Of a stretch of 64,000 nt of DNA, positions 29,430 through 39,188 are shown in pieces. The notes under the pieces are model-generated. The model was not told where the DNA came from, ran no database searches, and saw nothing but the letters and a program-made list of their open reading frames with translations. A program made the position numbers and the translations under genes. Position 1 is the stretch's first letter, and the number at the start of each line of letters is the position of its first letter. The stretch comes from a bacterium. GTDB lineage: Bacteria > Bacteroidota > Ignavibacteria > UBA10030. Location: the NCBI GenBank assembly GCA_043803945.1, contig JAZDJN010000064.1, forward strand, positions 33,506 through 97,505. The letters run 5' to 3'.

Positions 29430-29987
29430 CTACATTTTCCACTCGAACCGGAACCGGCAGCATGATCCGCCGGTGGCACGGCATTCTTCCTCGACGATCT
29501 TCACTTCTTTCACTCCGCACATCTTCAACGCAACACGATACCAGCCGATAACGGTAAGGCAATCGGCAACCGAGAAAGTCTCTGCATCATAGGTTGTCAT
29601 CACGCCGGATGTTGGCCCGGTTTCCTTGTATTCTCTTCTCCCAATATTATAATAGAACTTATAGATCATATCAGCTTTTTTCATGAACGCCTGCGGATTG
29701 CCGACACTTAGAAATGATTTATGTTCCATGCTCAGGCTCCGCTGAGCCGACTTGGCACCGAGGTCCTCAAAAAAACTTTTCTTACCTCCCCCAAGAACAT
29801 CGACTATGGCTTTATCCAAACGGTCTCCTATTTCAAAAAGATACCATTGCGAGGAAAGCAGTACCCCTTTGAGTACTTCCTGATCTTTCGCCGGCATTGC
29901 GCTTACGACCTTTTCCCAACCGGCATCACCAAAATTTGACCTTACAAAATCTTTTCGTGCATTGAGGATGTGACCTTTAATTTTCAT
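29430..29987 (-). CDS. TIGR02265/DUF2378-like (V4R/H-NOX-related) protein
   Basis: KIKG...FG..GWEKV...SQWY; C-terminal CRATGGSCCRFRFEW. Confidence 0.55.
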   Translation of the reverse strand: MKIKGHILNARKDFVRSNFGDAGWEKVVSAMPAKDQEVLKGVLLSSQWYLFEIGDRLDKAIVDVLGGGKKSFFEDLGAKSAQRSLSMEHKSFLSVGNPQAFMKKADMIYKFYYNIGRREYKETGPTSGVMTTYDAETFSVADCLTVIGWYRVALKMCGVKEVKIVEEECRATGGSCCRFRFEWKM

Positions 29988-30111
29988 GGAACTACCTTTT
30001 GCAAAGAATGAGAATTGGTGTATGATGGAATATATTCTGATGGCCGCAAAGTACATGATTGTTGAATGACGAGCAAGAGAGAAAAAAACTTTGATCTGTA
30101 AAAAATCAGGA

Positions 30112-31455
30112 TTAGAAATTTAAGGTAAAAACCGTTCGAACGTCGAGTTCAGAATGAGCGTGAATCGCCCCGCGATGCTGGCGCATGATCTGCCTTGAGA
30201 GACTTAGGCCGATTCCACTACCCGTTGGTTTGGTTGAGAAGAAGGGGACAAATATCTTTTCCAGGTTCTCTTGCGGAATGCCTGGACCGTTATCAATTAC
30301 TTGTATCACAACACGGCCGCGGTCGTTCAGTGAAGCATTTAACTGGATGGAAGCCGAGGGTTGCAACTCGACCGCCTGCAGTGCGTTGAGCAGGAGGTTA
30401 ATGAGCACCTGTTCAATCAGTTCCGGATCGGCATATAATTCCATGGTGTCGAGTTCGAGTGAAGCAGAAAAGGAAATGTTCCGAGCGGCAATGTTTGCCT
30501 GCATCAGCTTGCTGACGCGGTTGAACAATTCCCGAACCTCAAACTTGGTCATCTGGGGCATTGGGATCAGTGTCAAATTCCGAAACGTTTCGACAAAATG
30601 AATCAAACCCAGGCTTCGTTTCTCGATCGTCTGCGCCGCATGCTGGATATCGGCAAGTGTATCCTGGGTGTCTTCTCCTTCCCCATTGCAGCGGCTTTTC
30701 ACGAGCTGGTTGATGGTGGAGCCAAGTGTGGAAATGGGGGTTACAGAGTTCATAATCTCATGGGTCAAGATACGAATCAATTTTTGCCACGCTTCCATTT
30801 CCTTCTCTTCCAGTTCGCGTTGAATGTTCTGGATGGAAACAAGTTTAAATTCCTTTCCTTGGAGTTTGAACTCCGTCGCATAGAGTGCCAGGTACAGCAC
30901 TTCATTTTGGCTCTCCAGTTTCACAAATCCTTTTTCTTTTGGTGAAAGGCGAAGCAGTGTTTCTACCAATTCGCCGCTTATAGAACGTAATTCCGCAATA
31001 TTTCTTAGACGAACAATCTTCAGGAGACGTTTCGCAGCGGCGTTAATCAAGTCGACTTCGCCATTCGATTGGAAGACGAGGATGCCAATGCCGACATGCT
31101 GAACGACCGTCTGCAAATACTGGAAATGTTCTTCCTTCTCAGCGCGTGTTTTCTGAAACGTACTGATGACATCCGAAAGAACCGCCCTCAGGTCGGAAAA
31201 TGATTTTCCCATCCCTTCGTCACGAAAGCTGGCTCCAAAGTCCTCATACTTAATCGATTCGAAAAAACGGGTAAGATCGCGGTTTGTTTTATCGACATAA
31301 CGGATGAACGAATAGATCTGATAGACAGTAATAAGGCCAAGTGTGAGAGCGATGGGAAGGTTATCGTCAAAGTAGGTGAGCAATGCAAGAAAGATTGTAA
31401 TACCGAGGAGAGAGACACGAAGAATGGTATTAACCCGAAAATTCTTAAAGACCAT
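30112..31455 (-). CDS. Membrane sensor histidine kinase (NtrY-like)
   Basis: 2 TM, PAS-like region, AWQKLIRILTHEIMNS H-box, DNGPGI, FVPFFSTK, GSGIGL. Confidence 0.92.
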   Translation of the reverse strand: MVFKNFRVNTILRVSLLGITIFLALLTYFDDNLPIALTLGLITVYQIYSFIRYVDKTNRDLTRFFESIKYEDFGASFRDEGMGKSFSDLRAVLSDVISTFQKTRAEKEEHFQYLQTVVQHVGIGILVFQSNGEVDLINAAAKRLLKIVRLRNIAELRSISGELVETLLRLSPKEKGFVKLESQNEVLYLALYATEFKLQGKEFKLVSIQNIQRELEEKEMEAWQKLIRILTHEIMNSVTPISTLGSTINQLVKSRCNGEGEDTQDTLADIQHAAQTIEKRSLGLIHFVETFRNLTLIPMPQMTKFEVRELFNRVSKLMQANIAARNISFSASLELDTMELYADPELIEQVLINLLLNALQAVELQPSASIQLNASLNDRGRVVIQVIDNGPGIPQENLEKIFVPFFSTKPTGSGIGLSLSRQIMRQHRGAIHAHSELDVRTVFTLNF

Positions 31456-32827
31456 ACTTTTCCAATCGTCGATAGAATGCACTGCGCGAAAGACCCATTT
31501 CTTTGGCGGCGCGGCTTATGTTTCCACCGTATTTACTCAGCACTTTACGAATCAATGCTTTCTCAACCTCCTCAAGATTGCAATTTTCCAGAACTACCTG
31601 TTTATCCATTTCTGGCTTCTCGGGATCAGAGAAGAAGAAGTCGTTGGGTTCCAGAATATGTGAGTCACTCATGATCACAGCGCGCTCAATGGCATGGCTC
31701 AATTCGCGCACGTTTCCAGGCCAACGGTATTTTTCCAGCTTGCACATTGTGACCGGATTAACCCGAACACCTGGTTTGTTATATTTCTTTCCGTAGGCGT
31801 GAAGGAAGTGATCAACGAGCAATGGTATATCGCCGGTACGATCGCGAAGGGGCGGCAGGTGGATCGCCACTGTGTTGATACGATACAAGAGATCTTGCCG
31901 GAAGCGTTTTTCATTCACCATCTCGTCGATTGGCATGTTTGTCGCGCAGACGAGTCGCACATCAATCTCGATGGGAGTGTTAGTGCCAAGCCGCGTAATG
32001 GTCCGTGTATCAATAACACGCAAGAGTTTCGATTGCAGCGGCAGGGAGAGGTTGGCAATCTCGTCGAGAAAAATTGTTCCGCCAGAGGCTACTTCGAATC
32101 TTCCGGCACGGCTTTCCTTTGCATCGGTAAAAGCACCTTTGATATGCCCGAAGAGCTCGCTCTCAAACAAAGTCTCACTGACCGCGCCCATATCGACAGA
32201 AACAAAAACCTCCTTCGCCCGGGGCGATTGGCGGTGAAGTTCCCGAGCGACAAGTTCTTTCCCCGTTCCATTCTCACCCAGGATCAATACATTAGCTTCT
32301 GTTGTTGCTACCTTCTGAATAGCGGCATAGACTTGCTGCATCACCTTGCTCTTGCCGATAAAATCCTGGAAAGGACGGTCGAGATCGGCGCTGAGGTGCT
32401 CCTGACGGGAACGTAATGCGCTTGCCTCAACACGTGTCTGATGCAGTTTCGCTGCAGAAGAGAGTGTCGCAAGAAGTTTCTCGTTCTGCCATGGCTTGAG
32501 AATGAAATCGATTGCCCCTTCTTTTATGCCGCGGACTGCAGTCTCAATATCTCCATACGCTGTGATCAGAATAACCACCGCCAAGGGATCCGTCTCGAGA
32601 ATCCTGTTGAGCCATAGAAATCCTTCTTTACCGTCCGTCGCTCCCCGGGAAAAGTTCATATCGAGCATTATGACATCGAAACTCTCGTTTTTCAGCAACG
32701 TCAGAATCGCTTTCGGATTCTTTTCTGTTTGCACTACTGCAAAATGTTGCTTGAGGAAGAGGCGCGCCGCCTGGAGAATATCTTCATTATCATCAACAAT
32801 TAGTATTTTTCCGATTTTCTTTTCCAT
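31445..32827 (-). CDS. Sigma-54-dependent response regulator (NtrC family)
   Basis: Receiver ILIVDD/LDMNF; GENGTGKE, ESELFGH, GAFTDA, FRQDLLYR, WPGNVREL; Fis HTH. Confidence 0.95.
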   Translation of the reverse strand: MEKKIGKILIVDDNEDILQAARLFLKQHFAVVQTEKNPKAILTLLKNESFDVIMLDMNFSRGATDGKEGFLWLNRILETDPLAVVILITAYGDIETAVRGIKEGAIDFILKPWQNEKLLATLSSAAKLHQTRVEASALRSRQEHLSADLDRPFQDFIGKSKVMQQVYAAIQKVATTEANVLILGENGTGKELVARELHRQSPRAKEVFVSVDMGAVSETLFESELFGHIKGAFTDAKESRAGRFEVASGGTIFLDEIANLSLPLQSKLLRVIDTRTITRLGTNTPIEIDVRLVCATNMPIDEMVNEKRFRQDLLYRINTVAIHLPPLRDRTGDIPLLVDHFLHAYGKKYNKPGVRVNPVTMCKLEKYRWPGNVRELSHAIERAVIMSDSHILEPNDFFFSDPEKPEMDKQVVLENCNLEEVEKALIRKVLSKYGGNISRAAKEMGLSRSAFYRRLEKYGL

Positions 32828-33204
32828 GCAGAACTACCCGGTGAATGGATATTGGGGGATACTATCGCTTCCGCAGCCAGAATCTCGTTCCAAAATCAAT
32901 GAATGTCAAGAGTGTTATGTTGGAAGAGCCTGAAAATGATCTCTTCGATATCAATGTTGCCACGGACGGGAGTGCTCACCTTACCGGAGAATTAACTTCA
33001 ATATAGTGACGATCCGTGCCAGAACGAGGGATAATAGTTGTATCGCGTCCATGATACTCACCCCTTGCATTCGATTTGCCGATATGTTCCTATGACGCTC
33101 AATACCATCATCCTGTGATCTTCAGTTACATATTATGAAAGGAAGTTGCTGCAAGGCAGTCAATGTTCATTCTCCTTAATTCCATTTTGACAACAGCTGA
33201 TGGC

Positions 33205-33241
33205 TGTCCGGAAACGGACACTTTGTGTCCCCTAACGGACA
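33205..33241. promoter_or_regulatory. Tandem palindromic enhancer boxes for the sigma-54 activator
   Basis: TGTCCG-GAAA-CGGACA (33205-33220) and TGTCCC-CTAA-CGGACA (33226-33241), 21 bp apart. Confidence 0.7.
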
Positions 33242-33290
33242 ATAGGCTGTGAAAAGATTTTTGAATTGGCTAATTTTCGACGGTTTTTTC

Positions 33291-33305
33291 TGGCAAAATA
33301 CTTGA
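33291..33305 (+). promoter_or_regulatory. Sigma-54 -24/-12 promoter of the exporter operon
   Basis: TGGCAA-N5-TTGA, canonical spacing with GA in place of GC at -12; about 35 bp before the ATG at 33341. Confidence 0.6.
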
Positions 33306-33340
33306 TAAAAAGAACCAGTGGTAGAAAGGAGTAGAAGGAA

Positions 33341-34648
33341 ATGGAAAAAACCGTCAAGCCAACACCAGAGGCAGAGAAGACACATCAGACGATGGGGATG
33401 GATAGAAAAATTGAAAAGAAGATGTGGACACCGAAAAGGATTGTGTTAATTACAGCAGGAACCCTCTTCACGGTGTTTGTCATCTATATCATATTTTTGG
33501 GTTCGAACGCCTCGTCCGTTAATGCGGACAGGGAGCAGATGACCATCTCTGAAATTGTCAAGGGGCCATTTCAGGAATATGTTCAGATCATCGGTACCGT
33601 TCTGCCGATCAAGACGGTGTATCTCGATCCTGTGCAGGGGGGAAGGGTGGAAAAAGTTTATGTGGAAGCCGGTGCGATGGTAAAAAAAGGGGAACAGCTC
33701 ATGAAACTGAGTAATACCTCCCTGCTCCTCGACATTATGTATAAAGAGTCAGAATTGTACCGTCAGAGCAACGAGCTTCGGAATACAAGAATCAGCATGG
33801 AGCAGCAGCGGTTGGCATTAGAAAACAGTCGTCTCGATTTCCAGAAGCAACTCATCACACAAAAACGAAAATATGAGACTACCCTTGCCCTCTTTAAAAA
33901 GGAATTAGCTTCAAAGGATGAGTATGAACAGGAAAAGGAACAGTATGAATATCTCGAGAAGAAAATCAATCTCACAGTTGAAAGTCAGCGGCAGGATTCG
34001 CTTTTCCGGCTGGGACAAATCGAGGCGCTGGAATCATCGTTGAAGCATATGCAGAACAATTTGACGATCGCTCGTCAGAATTTGGAGAACTTGACTATTC
34101 GTGCGACGGTATCGGGTCAACTCACTTCCTTTAATGCAGAGATTGGTGAATCAAAATCCCCCGGTCAGCGGATTGGCCAGATTGATGTCCTCGATGGATT
34201 CAAGGTTCGGGCAGATATCGATGAACACTATATCTCGAAAATTGAGATTGGGAAAACGGCGCTCGGAGAGTTCAGCGGAAAGAAATTTATTGCTATGGTT
34301 AAGAAAATTTTTCCAGAAGTCAATAATGGAAAATTTCAGGTTGATCTTGAATTTCAAGGGAATCAGCCGGAAGGCATTCGCCGGGGGCAAACTGTTCATG
34401 CACGCCTCGAGCTAAGCGGTGAGAGGGAATCTCTTCTTCTCTCCAAAGGAGGATTTTACTCGAAGACTGGTGGCAATTGGGTGTATGTTCTTGAACCTTC
34501 CGGAACAGTTGCCGTAAAGAGAAACATCCGTCTCGGATTGCAGAACCCGGAATTCCTGGAAGTGCTCGAAGGATTGAAGGCGGGAGATATGGTGGTGACA
34601 TCCTCGTATGACAATTACGGAGATATGGACCGTCTCATACTGAAGTAA
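33341..34648 (+). CDS. Efflux periplasmic adaptor subunit (MacA/HlyD family)
   Basis: N-terminal TM, GGRVEKVYV..G..VKKG lipoyl motif, coiled coil, EVLEGLKAGD. Confidence 0.9.
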   Translation: MEKTVKPTPEAEKTHQTMGMDRKIEKKMWTPKRIVLITAGTLFTVFVIYIIFLGSNASSVNADREQMTISEIVKGPFQEYVQIIGTVLPIKTVYLDPVQGGRVEKVYVEAGAMVKKGEQLMKLSNTSLLLDIMYKESELYRQSNELRNTRISMEQQRLALENSRLDFQKQLITQKRKYETTLALFKKELASKDEYEQEKEQYEYLEKKINLTVESQRQDSLFRLGQIEALESSLKHMQNNLTIARQNLENLTIRATVSGQLTSFNAEIGESKSPGQRIGQIDVLDGFKVRADIDEHYISKIEIGKTALGEFSGKKFIAMVKKIFPEVNNGKFQVDLEFQGNQPEGIRRGQTVHARLELSGERESLLLSKGGFYSKTGGNWVYVLEPSGTVAVKRNIRLGLQNPEFLEVLEGLKAGDMVVTSSYDNYGDMDRLILK

Positions 34649-34703
34649 GTGGATGAAGAAACGAAATAGTCTCACCAGTTAATTTTAAGAAAGGGTACAA
34701 CGA

Positions 34704-35393
34704 ATGATTGAAACGAAGAATCTTAAAAAAATCTACACCACAGAGGAAGTGGAGACGACCGCACTCAATAATATCAATCTCAAAGTCAATGAAGGAGAGT
34801 TCGTTGCCATTATGGGACCATCCGGCTGCGGAAAGTCCACCTTGCTGAATATCCTGGGATTGCTGGACAATCCGAATGAAGGTGAGTATCAATTCCTCGG
34901 TTATGAAGTCTCCAAATACACCGAGCGTCAAAGGGTAAGCCTTCGGAAGACAAACATTGGTTTTATCTTTCAGAGCTTTAATCTGATTGATGAGCTGACT
35001 GTATATGAAAACGTTGAGCTTCCCCTGTTGTATCAGAAGGTCACCGCAACGCAGCGGAAGCACAGTGTCATGGAAGTGCTCGAACGGATGCAGTTGATTC
35101 CGAGGAAGAATCACTTTCCGCAACAGCTCTCCGGTGGTCAACAGCAACGTGTTGCCGTTACCCGTGCCCTTGTCGTCAAACCCAAACTAATCCTTGCAGA
35201 CGAACCGACCGGAAACCTCGACTCTGCCCATGGCGATGAGGTCATGAATATGCTTCGCCAACTGCATGAGGAGGGCACGAGCATCGTCATGGTAACCCAC
35301 TCACCAGGCTATGCAGAATACAGTCAGCGTATTGTTCACCTCTTCGATGGACGCATTGTGACAGAGAACGTGCGTGAGAGATTCCATCTATAA
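34704..35393 (+). CDS. ABC transporter ATP-binding protein (MacB/LolD family)
   Basis: GPSGCGKST, LSGGQQQRVA, ILADEPTGNLD, VTH. Confidence 0.96.
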   Translation: MIETKNLKKIYTTEEVETTALNNINLKVNEGEFVAIMGPSGCGKSTLLNILGLLDNPNEGEYQFLGYEVSKYTERQRVSLRKTNIGFIFQSFNLIDELTVYENVELPLLYQKVTATQRKHSVMEVLERMQLIPRKNHFPQQLSGGQQQRVAVTRALVVKPKLILADEPTGNLDSAHGDEVMNMLRQLHEEGTSIVMVTHSPGYAEYSQRIVHLFDGRIVTENVRERFHL

Positions 35394-35548
35394 ATTGAAT
35401 GAGAGTGAGACTATGATGCACTCAAGAATTGATCGTTACAAGAGCGATTGCACTCTTGATAGCATTTCTGACTACGAGCCGGTGAACATCTCGAACAGAA
35501 GGAAGCCTATAGACAGTTTACAGGATGAAGAACAATAAGGGGGTTATC

Positions 35549-37963
35549 ATGCTCTCCAATTTCTTGAAAATAGCATTGCGAAATATCTCACGAAACAAAA
35601 TTTATTCCTTTATCAATATTTCTGGACTCGCTGTGGGAATGGCTGTATGCTTTTTTATTTCGATGGTTGTCCAGAATGAGTTGAGTTACGATAATTACCA
35701 TGCAGATAGGGCCTTCGTCTTCAGGGTCGTCGTGGATGTTCAAAACCAGGGAGGAGACCTTGCTTATGCATCAACCCCTTCTTCACTGGCCATGGCTTTA
35801 AAAAATGACTACCCAAAAGTAGAACATACGACCAGAGTAATAACCAATCCCGAAACGGTCATCCGCTATGGAAGCGAAAAGAAGTTTCTGGAAAATCGCA
35901 TCTTCCATGTTGACCCGGAAATATTCGACATTTTCTCAATTCTGTTTATACATGGCGATTCTAGAAAATGTTTCGATCGACCTAAAACGGTTGTCATAAC
36001 GGAAGCAATTGCATTGAAATATTTTGGCGATGTCAATCCTCTTGGCAAACTATTGAACTTTGGCTATGCACAATTCGAGGTAACGGCGGTTGTAAGGGAT
36101 GTTCATCAGAATAGTCATTGGAAGTTTGATTTCCTTTTATCGCTAAAGCCTTTTGGTACGAATAACTGGGTGGTACAGGGTTGGGATAATATAGATGGTC
36201 AAAGCGGTCTGACTTATACGTATGTAAAACTCAAGAAGAATTCGGGAAAAGATGAATTTGAAAATGATATCAAGAACATTTCTATGCGATATGATGGCGG
36301 TATCCGTTTGCAGAAGGCAGGGTTGAAACAGGCCTATTCATTGCAACCTATCGGGAGTATTCATTTACAGTCCAATCGTCGCAATGAGATCGAGGCGCCC
36401 GGTAATCCTTCAGAGGTTATCATTCTCTCGACAGTTGCATCTGTGATATTGCTCATCGCATGCTTGAATTTTGTTGTTCTTACAACAGCGAGATCATCTG
36501 ATAGAAAGAAGGAAATTGGACTCCGTAAGGCGCTTGGCGCCCAGAGATCGAGCATCTTTGGACAGTTCTTGACTGAGGCATTCGTTGTAATAAGCATCTC
36601 CTTCATCATTGCACTTCTCATCGTGCAATTATCGTTGCCTTGGATTTCTACTCTCATGGATAATGGGGGATACTCTCGTATCGACACAAATTTTACTCAA
36701 GTAATTCTCCTTCTGGCCATCGTTTTCATTGTTGGGTTACTTGCATGCAGCTATCCGGCTTTTCGCCTCGCATCGTTTTCTCCTGTGTGGCTGCGGAAAA
36801 GCCTTCATAGTGAACAGGCGAAGGGTGGGACAATCCGGAGAGCGCTGGTGGTTTTCCAATTTACGACTCTCGTCATTTTAATTATCGGAACATTAATCGT
36901 TTATAAGCAGCTCTCCTACATGAAACAGTACGATCTTGGATTCGATAAAGATCGATTGCTCATACTACCCGTTCCGGTTGGATCTCTCTTCGACAGTAAA
37001 TCTGAGGAACATATCAGCAATGAATTTACTCAGCACCACACAATCACCTCTGCCACGACCACATCATTTGTCCCCGGCATGACGAAGAACTTGTTTAAAG
37101 GCGGATTCACTGTTGTGGGGGCAGGTGATCCTGCTCCCCTCGATATGAATATCATGATGGTCGATCATGATTTTCTTGGCACATACAACATTCAATTGAG
37201 TGCTGGCCGATCATTTGAGAAAGGGAGAACGACCGATGCGAGTGGCGCGTGCCTGATCAATGATGCAGCAGCGAAAGCTTTTGGATGGACCTCTCCCGGA
37301 GAAGCCGTAGGAAAAAGAATAAAAGACTTTCAAGAGAAAGAGATCATCGGCATTGTGAAGAGCTTTCATTACCAATCAGTGCAGCAAGCAGTCGAGCCAA
37401 TGGTGATAATGATGAATCTGGATTTCAATCTGTATCTTACTTTAAACATCGATAGTCGAAAGACATCTGAAGCATTGGCTTTTCTTCAAAAGAAGTGGAA
37501 CGAGTTGTTCCCCGATACTCCCTTTACCTATCATTTTCTTAACGACATCGTTAACTCGATATATCAAAAAGAAGAGCAATTCGGCGTCTTGATGGCATTC
37601 TTTTCTGCTCTGGCCATTGTCATTGCCTGCCTCGGATTGTTCGGACTGGCAACATATACAGCAGAGCGGCGTAGAAAAGAGATAGGAATTCGCCGAGTGC
37701 TCGGATCGTCGGTTGGAGGTATCATGTTCCTGCTATCGGGTGACTTACTGAAATCGGTACTCCTTTCGAATGTGATAGGCTTGCCTATTGCCTGGTTCGT
37801 GATGGAAGGCTGGCTGGAGAATTACGCTCAACGAGTCGATCTTGAACTATGGACATTTCTCTTCGTCGCTGGAAGTGTAATGATGATTTCGCTGATTACT
37901 GTCATGCATCAAGCTATTCGCGCAGCCTTGTCCAATCCTGTTGAGAGCCTGCGATATGAATAG
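35549..37963 (+). CDS. ABC transporter permease, duplicated MacB-PCD/FtsX type
   Basis: INISGLAVG, RKKEIGLRKALGA, YPAF, RRKEIGIRRVLG, NPVESLRYE. Confidence 0.93.
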   Translation: MLSNFLKIALRNISRNKIYSFINISGLAVGMAVCFFISMVVQNELSYDNYHADRAFVFRVVVDVQNQGGDLAYASTPSSLAMALKNDYPKVEHTTRVITNPETVIRYGSEKKFLENRIFHVDPEIFDIFSILFIHGDSRKCFDRPKTVVITEAIALKYFGDVNPLGKLLNFGYAQFEVTAVVRDVHQNSHWKFDFLLSLKPFGTNNWVVQGWDNIDGQSGLTYTYVKLKKNSGKDEFENDIKNISMRYDGGIRLQKAGLKQAYSLQPIGSIHLQSNRRNEIEAPGNPSEVIILSTVASVILLIACLNFVVLTTARSSDRKKEIGLRKALGAQRSSIFGQFLTEAFVVISISFIIALLIVQLSLPWISTLMDNGGYSRIDTNFTQVILLLAIVFIVGLLACSYPAFRLASFSPVWLRKSLHSEQAKGGTIRRALVVFQFTTLVILIIGTLIVYKQLSYMKQYDLGFDKDRLLILPVPVGSLFDSKSEEHISNEFTQHHTITSATTTSFVPGMTKNLFKGGFTVVGAGDPAPLDMNIMMVDHDFLGTYNIQLSAGRSFEKGRTTDASGACLINDAAAKAFGWTSPGEAVGKRIKDFQEKEIIGIVKSFHYQSVQQAVEPMVIMMNLDFNLYLTLNIDSRKTSEALAFLQKKWNELFPDTPFTYHFLNDIVNSIYQKEEQFGVLMAFFSALAIVIACLGLFGLATYTAERRRKEIGIRRVLGSSVGGIMFLLSGDLLKSVLLSNVIGLPIAWFVMEGWLENYAQRVDLELWTFLFVAGSVMMISLITVMHQAIRAALSNPVESLRYE

Positions 37964-38084
37964 TTGTGATCTTTATATGGATACTTGCAAATTGTGCGTT
38001 TTGAGGCATTCGTGGTCCGCGCGGGTGTTATGAATCCGGGAAGGAATGCTCAATAAGAAATCAACTTTTTGGAGGAGGCTTCCA

Positions 38085-39059
38085 ATGAACATGAAACGAT
38101 TCATCCGATATGCTTGTATCGGGATTGCACTTCTTCCATGGAGGGCATCGGGACAATCGATACAAGAGAAAGATTACACCGTAAGCCAATCATTCGATCT
38201 CAATGGAAAGAGAACCCGGGAAACACAATATTTCTTCATGGAATCTGTCTTTTTCTCCTATCAGCCTGATGGAATCAGAACACCGAAGGACGTTTACACA
38301 CTTTTTCTTATATGCAATCCTGCACAATTGAAGAGAGAAGTTTTCGATATCTATGTTTGCTCAAAATTTATTTTGAAAACTGGTGACTCACCTCAGAGGG
38401 CAGTACCTTCTTTAGTGGATTGGGCTTATAAATTTGACGTTGATTCTTCCGGTTTGGATAAAGAAGGTCAGGTACTTGGTATCGATCATGGTAAATTTGA
38501 AAACCTTACTGACGATAAAGGAACACTCCTTCCGCCGGACAAGTCGTACCTTGTCTATAATACTTTTATCGATTTCCACTCTTTCTGCAATGTGTTTGCT
38601 GAGAAAACATTGACAGGGAACGGTGTACAAGATTTACATAGAATTGGCGATCGGATCGTTCATTCCTCGGCTTATTCAGAGCCATCAGTCTCAGTGGGAA
38701 GCATGATTTCCAAAGGTTCGTATTTTAAGAATGGTGAAGTTGTTCTCTCATTCGATGGCTTAAGCCTGGTCAATGGGAAACAGTGCGGTTTACTATCCTT
38801 TGACTCGGGAGAGAGTTCATTCAAGATGATCATGAGTCCCATGCCGAAGATGCAAATAACTACCAACGGGGGTTCGCATTATAAAGGGACGATCTTCATC
38901 GACCTGGCATCGAAGTGGGTTCAGAAGGTGATGATGAATGAGGTTGTCGTTTCTCAAACGAAGCTCCCTTTTCCACCCAACCAGATTAATTCTGTCACTG
39001 AGCGACAGAGCACCATTCGCAATGCTACACAAGAAGAGTACATGAAAGCATTGAAGTGA
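38085..39059 (+). CDS. Secreted hypothetical protein
   Basis: Strong RBS GGAGGAGG, signal peptide, beta-rich; family not recognised. Confidence 0.7.
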   Translation: MNMKRFIRYACIGIALLPWRASGQSIQEKDYTVSQSFDLNGKRTRETQYFFMESVFFSYQPDGIRTPKDVYTLFLICNPAQLKREVFDIYVCSKFILKTGDSPQRAVPSLVDWAYKFDVDSSGLDKEGQVLGIDHGKFENLTDDKGTLLPPDKSYLVYNTFIDFHSFCNVFAEKTLTGNGVQDLHRIGDRIVHSSAYSEPSVSVGSMISKGSYFKNGEVVLSFDGLSLVNGKQCGLLSFDSGESSFKMIMSPMPKMQITTNGGSHYKGTIFIDLASKWVQKVMMNEVVVSQTKLPFPPNQINSVTERQSTIRNATQEEYMKALK

Positions 39060-39188
39060 GATTGTAAAAATACGACTTTCTCACTTTTGTATTTTATTCC
39101 GGCCATGCTACAAGGGTAGAAGTTGAAACACAAGAAAGGAAATCCGTGAACGTATTATCGAATTCGACAATGGAATAGGTGCGGGCAA

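Noticed and set aside
29276-29551. Short hydrophobic ORF after the DUF4175-like gene
   Set aside because: No RBS, overlaps the convergent gene, at best a fragment
31694-32416. 240-aa ORF antisense to the NtrC gene, and similar shadow ORFs (e.g. 12094..12747, 60693..61265)
   Set aside because: They overlap well-supported genes and have no recognisable motifs
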